NCBI RefSeq assembly: GCF_009914755.1
Contig: NC_060925.1
From: the human T2T-CHM13v2.0 reference genome, Homo sapiens
Reading direction: 5' to 3' (one strand)
DNA length: 64,000 nucleotides
The position numbers and the translations under genes were made by a program. The notes below the pieces were generated by a model that made no database searches, was not told the origin of the DNA, and was given only the letters and a program-made list of their open reading frames with translations. Every line of letters starts with the position of its first letter. Positions within the stretch are counted from its first letter, which is position 1. This document shows, in pieces, positions 45,943 to 56,790 of this stretch.

Positions 45943-46114
45943 CTCTCATTTCTGAGTGGGACACATGCTGTCACTCACATATGCTGGTTGCTGACTTGTG
46001 ACGGAAGATTCTGTATTGTACCCTCTGGGGACAATACATCTCCAGTTGCCTGCAGGGAGGATGAACATGCAAAAAATCCACAACACTCAGCACAGAGTCT
46101 GGATTTAGTCCCAT

Positions 46115-46342
46115 TAGTCTGAATGGGACTAATGCCCTTATAAAAGGGACCCTGGGGAGCTCTCTCGCCCTCTTTCTGCCCCCTGAGGATACAATGAGAA
46201 GGTGGCAGTCTACAACCAGACCAAAGGTCCTCACCATAACCCTACCACGTCGGCACCTTGATCTCGGACTTCCAACCTCCAGAACTGTGAGAAATCAATT
46301 TCTGTTGTGAATCAGCCACCCAGTTTATGGTACATTGTTATA
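46115..46342 (+). mobile_element. MLT1/MST LTR 3' fragment
   Basis: GGCACCTTGATCTCGGACTTCCAACCTCCAGAACTGTGAGAAATCAATTTCTGTTG...AACTAAGACA. Confidence 0.75.
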
Positions 46343-46479
46343 GAAGCCCGAACTAAGACAGAGATGAAGTCCCGTGCAGGGTCTCTAATTTGCTAAGCTG
46401 GTCATCAGGCGGGATATTGCCAGTCAGAAACAGGAAGAGCTGACATTTTGTGTATATGAAAGAAGATAGTGGACAGGCC

Positions 46480-49300
46480 CATTGTGTCGGCTTTGTCCGC
46501 CTTGGCAAACTGGAGACGGAAACTCGATTCACCATCGCCAGCCACGGGAGGACTGGGAGGACCTCCAGAGGAGGTTAGGTCGACTTCATGGTAACTTTAG
46601 ATCCGGAAACCTCCCAGGATTTTTCTTGTCTTCCCTTTGATCTCTCTTCCACCTACCCAACAGGACAGGACTCGCCGCCTTTCTTTCCCAGCAGAAAGGG
46701 GTCCGTTGCGGACAAGACCAAAGTGAGCAGCTGGTTTCCCCTACGCGTCCTTCCGGGCCTGGGCGTCTCGGGAACTCAGGCTGACCCGACACCTAACTCC
46801 CAGCCAGTGGGACCAGCAGGAGCCTGGAAGAGCGCGCGCACCGCGGTGGAAGTTGGGCACCGGGGGTCGAGAACCGCGGTCAAACCCTCTTCTTCCAGGG
46901 GCACCGCGCACCTGCCCCCGGGGATGCCGAAGGAAGTGACCCATAAAGCTTCTCTGCAACCGAAAGAGGCCTGAAGCTCCAGGAGGGCCGAGAGGAGCCT
47001 CGTTGAGCGAACCCAGCCCTCTGCCTGGCTGGCCCTGGTCAACAGGCTCGGAAGAGGCCGATTTGGAGGACAGAACGGAAGAAAAGACCTAAAGGTTTCG
47101 AATCTCATGACGCAGAGATGTTAAAAATCTCCAATCCTAAGGTCCGACTGTGCGGGGGAGCGAGGGGGTCTCAAGCTGGATTGACCCCGAGCCTTCATGT
47201 GGAGAGTCCTCTGCACAAGCTCAGAGCAGGACAACGCGCATCAGTGGTTCCCAAGAGGGGGCAACTTCGCCCTTACACGCCTCTCCCATCCCCGCTGGGA
47301 CACTAGGTCACGAATGGGGGAAGCGGGGAGGGAGAATGCTAACCCCCTGGCATGTATCTAGTCAGCGGAGGCGACGGCTGCTGCTAAACACCTTACAATC
47401 CACGGGAGGGCCCCTCCCCTACCCCGAAGTAGCCATTCCGCAGAGGTGGAGAGACTCGCGTGTAGCTCAATGCCCACGCACTTAGCCGATGGGAAATCAC
47501 GAATTGATGACCAGTTGGCTCTTGGATCTGAGGAAAAATCTCCAGCGTCAGAGGGAACTCTCGAAGTTTTGCCCGGAGCAAACGGAAGGGTGGCGTTGCC
47601 ATCGCCTAAGATGGGAAAATGGCAGGTGTCACAGGTTGCAGGGGAAGGTCGGAGACCAGTTGAGGGCCCCGGAGCCTTCCTGGAAAGAGTTTCCCATCCA
47701 GCCGGTCTCGGTTTCCGCATCCGTCTGATTCCTTATGACGTTGAGGGTGCTGGCGTCTGGGTCCTTTATGATGCAGAGGGTGCCCCCGTCTCACCCCGGG
47801 CGCCTCCGCGCTCCCGCCTCCTCCTGGCAACCTGGTGCGCGACTCCGGACCTGGCGACCCACGACCGGCTGGTCACTTGCTGCCACCTCGCAAAGGCGCA
47901 TCTCTAGTCCAGTGGTGAGCTGCGGCCGGGTCGCTGTAACTCGCTCCAGGACTCGGGACTCGTGGCCTTGGTGTCCCTCGCGGAGCCCTCGGTGTGTCGC
48001 CTGCAGGCTCTTTTTTTGAAGAAAGCAGGGAGGGAATGGCCTTGTGAGAGACTCCAGGAGCAAAGAGCGACCCTCACAAGGCCCAAGTCCTCCCAGAGCT
48101 CAGGGAAGCTGTGGCTTCTGACGGAAGAAGGGAGAGAAAGCTCCCTCCTGCGAGTCCCTGGTGGTCTAGTGGCTAGGATTCGGCGCTTTCACCGCCGCGG
48201 CCCGGGTTCGATTCCCGGTCAGGGAATCGTTTTACACTGGCCGCCCTCCCGCAGGAATCTTCCTTCACTACGCTGTCAGCCGGCCTGCTCCAAGGACCAG
48301 AAGCAGAACAGTCTCCGCAGCGGGGTTAAAGCCGGGCGAAGGAGGGCAAGTGCTGGTGGACCACCTCTCACGACACACCATTCCTATTTATCTCCGTGTC
48401 CGTCATCCGTGGGAGCAGCTTTAGAGAGCGACTGAGCGTCTCCCTCCGGTGTACACAGCCCGGCAGAGATGCCAGCCCCCGTGGAGCTGCACCCAATAAG
48501 CCCACCTTCTTTCCCGTCGCCACCCCGGAGACGCCCATCGGGCTGAGCTGCGAATAACTAAGAGAGAGGCCAAGCCAAGTCGTGGCGTTTGTGGCAGCCC
48601 CGGACACGGGCACCAGCCAGTCAGCGGAGCCTCCTCACCTCCGTTGCCAGCGAAGGCGCTCGTTAGGCCTTGGGAAGAGGCGACCGGAGGCGATGCCCGC
48701 GAATTTGTTAGGGGGGTAAGCGGCGGGTGAGGTCCTCGAGGGCGGTCCCGTTTGCTGTTTGAGCGGTAGAGGGAGGCGATGTTCGCTGACCCAACAAGGA
48801 CAGCAGGTGGAGTAGGCACAGATGGAAAACTGCTGCCGGTGCCCTAAGCAGAAGGCAGGTGGAAAAATCAGCACTAGGACGTCGAAGCGATGGTACCACA
48901 GTCAAATCCCACGACGTCTACACTCTACCAAACACTTGCGCACGCTCCCCCTTTTCCATTCAGTACTCCCAAGAGGGGTTCGGAAGAACCCCGAGTCCAC
49001 TGTAAGCTCAGGGGAGAGCGGGAGCCAGGGAGGTGAAGTGCGCAGACTCGGCAGCGGCGGCGGGCAGAACCGCGTGGGGGTGAGAGGGCGCGGTGGCTGC
49101 GGGGCGGGAGCCGCTGCTGAGAGGCGGCCTGGGTTGTCTTGTGGGGTGACTGTCGGTGGAATCTTTGGTGGAGAGTGGTTTGGAAGACTGGCGAGGGGCG
49201 GCAGTGGGGAGGGGGGTGACCCTGAGCGACCGGCCAGGGCGAGGAGGCTGTGCTGTCCCTGCAGGCCATGTGCTCATTTCCACTTTACCTGGCAAGGGAG
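46480..49300. promoter_or_regulatory. CpG island / promoter-like region
   Basis: High GC with dense CpG. Contains tRNA-Glu and the promoter remnant of the U1 pseudogene. Confidence 0.75.
48155..48226 (+). tRNA. tRNA-Glu(TTC), intact
   Basis: TCCCTGGTGGTCTAGTGGCTAGGATTCGGCGCT-TTC-ACCGCCGCGGCCCGGGTTCGATTCCCGGTCAGGGAA folds as a full cloverleaf with A/B boxes. TTTT terminator at 48230-48233; lies in a CpG island. Confidence 0.97.
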
Positions 49301-49429
49301 AGACCGTGGTCACGAAGGGGGTTCTCCCAGAGTGAAGCTTCTTCATCGCACTCTAGAGTTGCTGATTCCTGTGATTTCCTCCATGTGGGAAACGGTGTTT
49401 GTGCTAGAAGAGGCTGCGCTCTTTACCTG
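49276..49429 (+). pseudogene. U1 snRNA pseudogene of DNA-duplication origin (RNU1-5P/6P-like)
   Basis: TTACCTGGCAAGGGAGAGACCGTGGTCACGAAGG... aligns to U1 along its length. The Sm site and 3' stem are degraded or deleted, and the flanks are homologous to the U1 promoter and 3' box. Confidence 0.88.
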
Positions 49430-49916
49430 ACATAAGGGGGTTCAAGACTGACATCGCCTCACGCCCACCCGAAAACGTTTACATGGCTTGTCTCTTTTTT
49501 TTTCTGTCCTAAAGTCGCCTCATCTTCACATCCCCTCATTTTTTCTTCCACACTCGAGAGTGTCTCTCTCTCTCATTAAAAGCTCCACCAAATATTTGAA
49601 ATATCTCAACCAGAAAGACTGCAATAAATACATTATTTCATTCGTGGAAGCTACAGACCAGCTAGGTTGAGAGTTGCTTGATATTTTCTGCTAAACGGTG
49701 AGGCATAGAGCACTTGGAAGGTTTCTCTTTGGGCCGTCGTTTGTGTACTCTTGGGTTTCCTTCTTTTCCCCAGACAGTATGGCGCTGTGGGGCCAGCGGT
49801 AAACCCTGCTTTCCGGCTTTCTGGCTGCAGATAAAGGCCGCAGCTGCTGCAGGAATCAAAAGCAAACCAAAAGACACGTGGGTTCGCCCCAGTGGGTCCA
49901 AGATAGAGTCTGACTG

Positions 49917-49988
49917 TACCAGGATTCCGATTAGAACAGAGGTTGCTGCAGGCACAATGCAGACTACTAACCACTAGAGAATCCCAAG
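49917..49988 (-). pseudogene. tRNA-His(GTG) pseudogene
   Basis: Reverse complement ...CTAGTGGTTAGTAGTCTGCATTGTGCCTGCAGCAACCTCTGTTCTAATCGGAATCCTGGTA aligns to His-GTG. Confidence 0.8.
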
Positions 49989-50034
49989 GCGCCCCACACC
50001 TACTGCCCATCGTTTTGCTTCCCCACCCCTCTAT

Positions 50035-50329
50035 TATTTATTTAAATATATATTTTGAGAGACAGAATTTCGCATTGTCGCCCAGGCTGGAGGGCAGTGG
50101 CACGATCTCGGCTCACTGCTACCTCCGCCTCTTAGGTTCAAGCGATTCTCCTGTCTCAGCCTCCTGAGTAGCTGAGACTACAAGCGTGCGCCACCACGCC
50201 CAGCTAATTTTTGTATTTGTGGTAGAGTTGGTCCCGCTGGTCTCGAACTCCTGACTTCAAGTGAGTGATCCAGCCACCTCGGCCTCCCAAAGTGCTGGGA
50301 TTACAGGCGTGAGCCACTGCCCCTGGTCC
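50035..50329 (-). mobile_element. AluS (internal deletion)
   Basis: Antisense Alu. Confidence 0.88.
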
Positions 50330-51017
50330 CCCGATTTTATTTTTATTAATGTAAAAACATTATGCGATTTTTACTTCTTTATTCTTGGGCAGCTACAGGT
50401 TCTTGTGATTTTCTCTCACATCTTCTCCCCATTTCCCCCTCTCCATTCTGATACATGTCCCATCTTCTCTGCATCCAGCCGGTGCCCTCTGCACGGGCAT
50501 CCTGGGCTGTCCCATTGTCTAGTCCTGGTCTCCCCTGCTTCTCCCTCCTCCTTTTCACGTTTTCCCTTTTGACTCCCCTGCCTCTTTCCCGCTCCCGCCC
50601 CACCGACCCCATCTACTGAAGCCGAGTTGAGTGAAGGGAGAGCAAGCGGAGCAGATGACTGCCTGAAGGCGGCGCAAAAAAACAGAAAGAGCTACCGTGA
50701 GAGCCGTCGGGGAGTTCAGCTTCCCTTGGGCCCCACTTGGCTCAGGCTGGGGTCGCAGATCCAGGCATTTCCAGAGGCACTGGCTTCTGAAGCAGGCGAG
50801 GGTGAACGCAGGGTGAAGGCCATTCGGCCGCCCTCCTGGCTTCAGAGTCACGCAATGCACGCGTTTCTAACGTGCAGCAAGACGATTAGTCGACTCAGCC
50901 TCTCCGGTTTTCCGAAGCTTTGTAGTCTGCACAGTTGTCCCGCAGAAAGCGAATGGCAACCCCTAGGGTTTTGTGATTGCTTAATGTATATAGAGATGAA
51001 AATAGACAATTGACGTT

Positions 51018-51091
51018 GTCTCTGTGGCGCAGTCGGTTAGCGCGTTCGGCTGTGAACCGGAAGGTTGGTGGTTCGAGACCACCCAAGGACG
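51018..51091 (+). tRNA. tRNA-Asn-derived gene with anticodon GTG (His) instead of GTT
   Basis: Body GTCTCTGTGGCGCAGTCGGTTAGCGCGTTCGG-CT GTG AA-CCGGAAGGTTGGTGGTTCGAGACCACCCAAGGACG is the human Asn(GTT) scaffold. Anticodon at 51052-51054 reads GTG; TTTTT at 51095-51099. Confidence 0.9.
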
Positions 51092-51115
51092 TGATTTTTA
51101 AATGTTGGTGGTTGT

Positions 51116-51242
51116 GGCCGGGTGCAGTGCCTCACGCCTATTAATCCCAACACTTTGATAGGCCGACGTAGGGGAAGCCTCCACTGAGCTCAGAAGTTCA
51201 AGACCAGTGAGAATCCCATCTCATTTAAAAAAAAAAAAAAAA
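51116..51242 (+). mobile_element. Alu left monomer (FLAM-like) with poly-A
   Basis: GGCCGGGTGCAGTGCCTCACGCCTATTAATCCC...poly-A. Confidence 0.8.
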
Positions 51243-51607
51243 TGCAGTTGTATCTATCTCCTCAGACCTATCACTGTATTTAAAAGTGAAAGACTGTTCC
51301 CTTGTGTCTTGTGCATCCCATGAGGACAAACAGCAGAAGGTCCCCCTTCGAGCCTCCTAGAAAATAAGATCTCTGCAGCACAAACTAGCTTGTATGTATG
51401 GGAAACAAAGTATTTGAAGACACAAACTTCAAAAATTCTGCCTTGCTTTCCACAAAAATTAACCCATCACAGTCTGCCTTCAAGTGGCATCATACCTCTT
51501 CACATGACTCCTCTCCCTGCCTTTATGCTAGTGTCATGCATTTTACTTTACACCTGTTATAAACCTTACAATCCATCTCTATTACTTTTGTTTCAAGAGT
51601 CAGATGT

Positions 51608-51938
51608 GTTTTTGTTTGTTTGTTTTTGGTTTTTTTTGTTGTTGGTGGTGGTGTTTTTAAGACGAGTCTTACTCTATCGGACAGGCTGGAGTGCAGTGGC
51701 ACAGTCTTGGCTTACCGCAACCTCTGCTTTCCGGATTCCAGTCATTCTTCTGACTCAGACTCCTGAGTAGCAGAGATTACAGGCTTGGGCCACCACATCT
51801 GACTAATTTTTGAATTTGTCATAGAGAGGAAGGTTCACCATATTGGCCAGGCTGGTCTCGAACTCCTGACCTCAAGTGATCCGCCTTCCTCGGCCTCCCA
51901 AAGTGCCGGATTCCAGGCGTGAGCCATCGTGCCCGGCT
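51608..51938 (-). mobile_element. AluS
   Basis: Antisense Alu dimer. Confidence 0.88.
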
Positions 51939-52131
51939 AAACAGTCAGATGTTAAAATTACATATTTGCCTTTGTAGATGTCATTTCTAGTGTCTTTTTT
52001 TTTTCATCCAGATTTTCATCCCTTGTCACTTTCCTTCTGCCTGGAGGACTCCTTTAACTTGTCTATTAGGTGTCTTAAACTTGCACTATCATTCACTGAT
52101 GCTCTGTTCATTAAAGAAAAAAAAAATTGTT

Positions 52132-52352
52132 GGCCGGGTGCGGTGGCTCACGTCTGTAATCCCAGCAATTTGGGAGGCCGAGGCGGGTGGATCAGGAGGT
52201 CAGGAGATCCAGACCATCCTGACTAACACAGTGAAACCCCGTCTCTACTAAGAATACAAAAAATTAGCTGGCTGTGGTGGTGGGCGCCTGTAGTCCCAGC
52301 TACTCAGGAGGCTGAGGTGGGAGCATGGTGTGAACCCAGGAGTCGGAGCTTG
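52132..52352 (+). mobile_element. AluY/Sc-like, 3'-truncated
   Basis: Ends abruptly at GGAGCTTG with no tail, abutting ERV pol. Confidence 0.85.
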
Positions 52353-54320
52353 GAACCTGTCAAAAGGCATTCTTAGCCTTAAAAGAAAAGCCAGGGACAT
52401 CCCTTGCCTCAGGACTCTCAGACTTAGAAAAACCTTTCACCCTCTATGTGGATGAATAACAAGGGACAGCTTTGGATTTTCTAACTCAAAGACTGAGGAA
52501 TTACTTTGGACCAGTGGCTTATTTCTCTAAACAGCTAGACCAGGTGGCAGCTGGGTGACCAGGAAGCTTGAGATCTGTGGCTACCATCACTCTATTGTTA
52601 GAAGAAACCACTAAGTTTACCTTGGAACAACAATTAGATGCCATACCACCCCACCCCCACCCCCTGCCACCCCATGAAGTACAGTACAGAGGTTCCTAGA
52701 GGCAAAAGTACAGCAATGGCTAACAGAGGGCCAGTTACTTAAATATCAGACCCTTCTGCTTGACACCCGAGATGTTACCCTGAAAATATGCTGATTTTTA
52801 AACCCTGCTACTCTGTTGCTGCACCTCACGTCTCAAGAAAGAGCTCCCCAATTCATTGACTCCTGTGTGGAAACCACGGAAGAGCTCTACTCTAGAAGGC
52901 CCAACCTTGAAGACAAGCTCTTGTCTAACCCAAATGTTGAGTGCTTTAGAGATGGAAATAGCTATATTCATGAGGGAGTAAGAAAGGAAGCTTAGCCAAC
53001 AAGAAATCATTGAGGCCAAGGGTTTACCTTCTCAGACTTCTGCTCAAAAAGCAGAATTAGCTGCGCTAATTAGGGCCTTCCAACCATGAAAAGACTTAAG
53101 CTGGGCACGGTGGCTCACCCCTGTAATCCCAGCACTTTGGGAGGCCAAGGTGGGTGGATCACCTGAGGTTGGGAGTTCGAGACCGGCCTAGCCAACATGG
53201 CGAAACCCCGTCTCTACTAAAAATACAAAAATTAGCTGGGTGTGGTGGGGGGCACCTGTAATCCCAGCTACTTGGGAGGCTGGGACATGAGAATCCCCGA
53301 GTTTGCAGTGAGCTGAGATCATGCCACTGCACTCCAGCCTGGGCGACACAGCAAGACTCTGTTTCAAAAAAAGAAGAAGAAAACCAAAACCCTCAAGAGT
53401 CAATGTGTTGACTGACTCTAAATGTGGGTTCCTGGTGCTCTATGCTCATGCAGCCATAGGGAAGGAAAGGGAACTATCAAAAGCCAAGGGATGCCCCATA
53501 CAACTTTACTCAGATCTTGGAACTTTTAGATGCTGTCCAACTCCCAAAGAAATAACAATTACTCACTGCAGGGGACACCAGAAGGGAGACACTTTTATTA
53601 TTAGAGGAAATTCCCTGGTGGAAAGAGCAGCTAAGGCCACAACTAAGGAAACCCTGGTATTTCAAGCTGCTGCGCTACTACCAGGTACTCCATCCGTGTC
53701 AGTGACACCATACTATACCCCTAAGGAAATTAAAGGGACTGAGTAAAAGGCTTCCAGGGAGACCCCTCTGGATGGTTGCTAGAAAAGAACAAACTCTATT
53801 CCTGAGGCTGACAGATGGGAAATAATTAAACATTTTCATGATTCCTCACATTTGGGACGGGATTTTCCATTCAAATTAGTTTCCTAAATATTCTTCGGGA
53901 AGGGACTGTTCCAAACTATAAAAAGGGTTACCACTCAGGAAGCCACCCCATACCCCGATCCCTGCTTAAACCTGTACAACACCAAGGAACATACCATGGT
54001 GAAGACTGGCAGACAGACTTAACCCAGATGCCACCTTACAGGGAACTACAAGATTTGCTAGTATTTATAGGCACTTTCAACAGGTGGATAGAAGCTTTCC
54101 CCACAAGGACAGGAAAAGTACTGGAAGTGTCTAAATTCTTAAAGAAATCATTCCAAGATTTGGATTACCAAAAGGTTTGCAAGGTGACAACTGACCTCAC
54201 TTCACAGCTAAGGTGACCCAGTGAGGTCATGCCTCAGCCTTAGGCATTACCTGTCTTCATTCCTCATGGAGATCTCAGTCTTCCAATAACATAGAAAGCC
54301 AATCACGACATTAGCAAAAG
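52353..54320 (+). mobile_element. ERV1 (gammaretrovirus-like) pol relic: RT connection, RNase H, integrase N-terminal part
   Basis: Peptides [24 protein letters not shown]...ITHCRGHQKG...GNSLVERAAK (RNase H) and GEDWQTDLTQMP...LLVFIGTFNRWIEAFPTRT (integrase core), with stops and frameshifts. Confidence 0.9.
53098..53382 (+). mobile_element. AluS inserted in ERV pol
   Basis: Alu dimer with internal deletion and A-rich tail. Confidence 0.9.
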
Positions 54321-55219
54321 TCTTTCAGTTTGGGGGCTTGCCTGCCCTGCATCACTATCATTGTTTCCTTGGGTTTCCCAGGAATGTACACGTGTGAGAC
54401 TGCCGCCCTGCTTATAGATCTGTTTCCCTGCAAGGAAACAGGAATATGTTGCCTGTGGCTTCCAGAGTTGGAGATACATGTAGTTGCACCACTGAGGGCT
54501 AACATTTAATTTTGGAATCAAGTGATGCATTCAGACTGGTTGCTATCATTCTGTGGTATATATTTAGTGAACACATTCATGATTGAGTTTCCTGCTTTTA
54601 GCTGGAGCAAGAAAGTTTTATAATTGTGATTTGTATGAAAAAATCATAGGCAAGGGAATGGATGCAAAATAAACTTTATTGTCAGAGGTTTCTAAAGGCT
54701 CATCCTTCAAGGAAAATGGACATATGCTGAAGAGCTGATAAACTGTCTACAGCAGTGTTATTCTAACCTAATCTTGATTCCAAGTTCTTGCCATTTTCCT
54801 CCAGCTGCTGTTGACTCCAGTTATATATAGGATGGGGGAAAGGGGATTATCTATGAATGTAGGCATCACTTTCTCTTGGGCAGTTATCACATTGGCAGAC
54901 TGAAGGGATGTGATTTCTACAATCAAACTATCCATTTGGAGTACAAATCTGGAGTGGCTGTAAAATTCGGTTCTCAGAGATGAACTTGCAGATTCGGACT
55001 TTCAATTGTTCTGTTGTTTTAGTTTTTCTTTTCAACTGGGGAACTGTTTGTGACTAAGCTTTGTTAAAAGTAGAGAAGAGCTTTTCATAGTTCCAACATT
55101 AGTTGTTACCTGAAACAAACAAAAACACACACAGAGACAATTAAACAGTAATCTTTGGTGAGGTCTTGCTGATACCTGAGGCTGGAGTGAGAGCTGAGTG
55201 GTGATACAGCTCATGTGAG

Positions 55220-55372
55220 TGGTCCAGATTGCGCACTCCTTATGAGACTGTAACTGATGCCTGATGACCTGAGGTGGAACAGTTTCATTTGGAAAACATC
55301 CACCACCCCCTTCCATGGAAAAATTGTCTTCCATGAAACCAGTCCCTGGTGACAAAAAGGTTGAGGACAGCC
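55220..55372 (+). mobile_element. MER1B-like hAT-Charlie fragment
   Basis: GCGCACTCCTTATGAG...GAGGTGGAACAGTTTCAT...CCATGAAACCAGTCCCTGGTG-CAAAAAGGTTG. Confidence 0.8.
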
Positions 55373-55374
55373 AA

Positions 55375-55952
55375 AAAGGCTGCTTTAAATGATAACCTTC
55401 CCCAAAACTAAATTACCCCTGTAAAATGAATGAAAGGCTACCAAGTTAGAAGGATGAAAGGGGCCTGATTTCTACTAAGATGTATGCCTCGTTAAATAAT
55501 TACCAGCCATTATTCCAGAAGTCACAAGATTGGCAGCTTCCCCAATTACTGCTGTGAAGAACATCACTATTGTAGAACCTAAGATTGGCCTCTTGAGATG
55601 TCTTTTCAGGCTTTTGCATTTCTGACTGCTGGAAGGCACCATCTGGCCCGAAAATCAACCAGTCCCTTAGCCCCCACCCAGAAGCTGACTCCATGCAGGA
55701 GGACCATTTTCCACGCCCCTGTGATTTCATCCCCAACAATCAGCACCACGCAAGCCCTAGCCCCCTCCCCACCAAACTATCTTTGAAAAACCCCTTACCT
55801 CCAAGCCTTCAGTGAGATTGCTTTGAGTAATAACTCTGTCTCCCACATGTCATGGCTGGCCTGTGTCAATGAAACTCTTGCCTGCAGTACCATGGTCTCC
55901 ATGAATTGAATTTTTGTGTACATTGGTCAGGAAGAACCCATCAGGCGGTTAC
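55375..55952 (+). mobile_element. ERV1 LTR (MER50/MER4-group-like)
   Basis: CCAGAAGCTGACTC...CCCAACAATCAGCA...TTGAGTAATAACTC...ends GAAGAACCCATCAGGCGGTTACA. Confidence 0.7.
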
Positions 55953-56254
55953 ATCTGCAGGATGGTGCCAGTTCTTTCCACAAAGGCTGGTCAGATACCC
56001 AGAAAGCATTTCTCCACTACTACCTGGACAATGTGTCTCCCTGTCAATCTCCAGGGAATGGGGCCTGGATCAAGTATTTAGTATTCAGCAGTTACTACAC
56101 TGTCACCTAATCCCTCATTTTCAATATTTTGCCATGCTTCCAGTGGCCTAACTGGTCACCATGCCACAGAATCTTTACTTTATGGTCTTCAAGGAGAACT
56201 CTCCACTCGATGTTTTGTGATTTGAGCAATGGAATAGAATCTGATACTGGTGGG

Positions 56255-56790
56255 CTGGGGGAGGTCTCTGGACACTGGTGGGATCTCGACCCCAGCCGTG
56301 GTGTCCAGGCTCTTGACACCATCGCGAGAACAAAGTCAAAGATGAGTCAGCAGATAGTGAAAGAAGAGATTTATTGCAAAGCAAAAAGTACACACTCAAG
56401 AAAGGGGAGCTTGGGCATACCCAAGAGAGAATAATGGGTTCTGGGGTTTCATCTTGATGGGTTTCTTTAACCAAGGAGTGGAATGTTCACGAAAATTCCT
56501 GGGTAAAGGTGGAGATTTCTTGGAACTGTGGTGCCATTTTTACATCAAACACTGGTCTCAGAACTGTCATGGCACTGGCGGGTGTGTGATTTAGTATGTT
56601 AATGAGCATATAATGAGGGCCTAGGTAAAACCTCCATCCAATCCAGCACCACGTTGGGTCCACTCAGCCTTAGCCAGCTTGGTCCACACCCTGGTTTTTC
56701 AGCGTCTTAACAGCCCACAGCCTCAAGTCATGTAAATCTGCTGCCTAGAATTTGTTATCCTGTGACCACCCTGTAGTATTCCTGTCTGAA
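56255..56790 (-). mobile_element. ERV1 LTR
   Basis: GTCCAGGCTCTTG...GAGATTTATTGCAAAGC...CTGTCATGGCACTGGCGGGTGTG...TAGTATGTTAATGAGCATATAAT. Confidence 0.65.

Noticed and set aside
46229-46250. PSE-like TCACCATAAC motif
   Set aside because: Part of the MLT1/MST LTR consensus region, with no snRNA downstream.
46588-49430. Many overlapping 100-200 aa ORFs on both strands
   Set aside because: Expected from stop-codon scarcity in a CpG island. No recognisable domains, and they overlap tRNA and U1-derived sequence.
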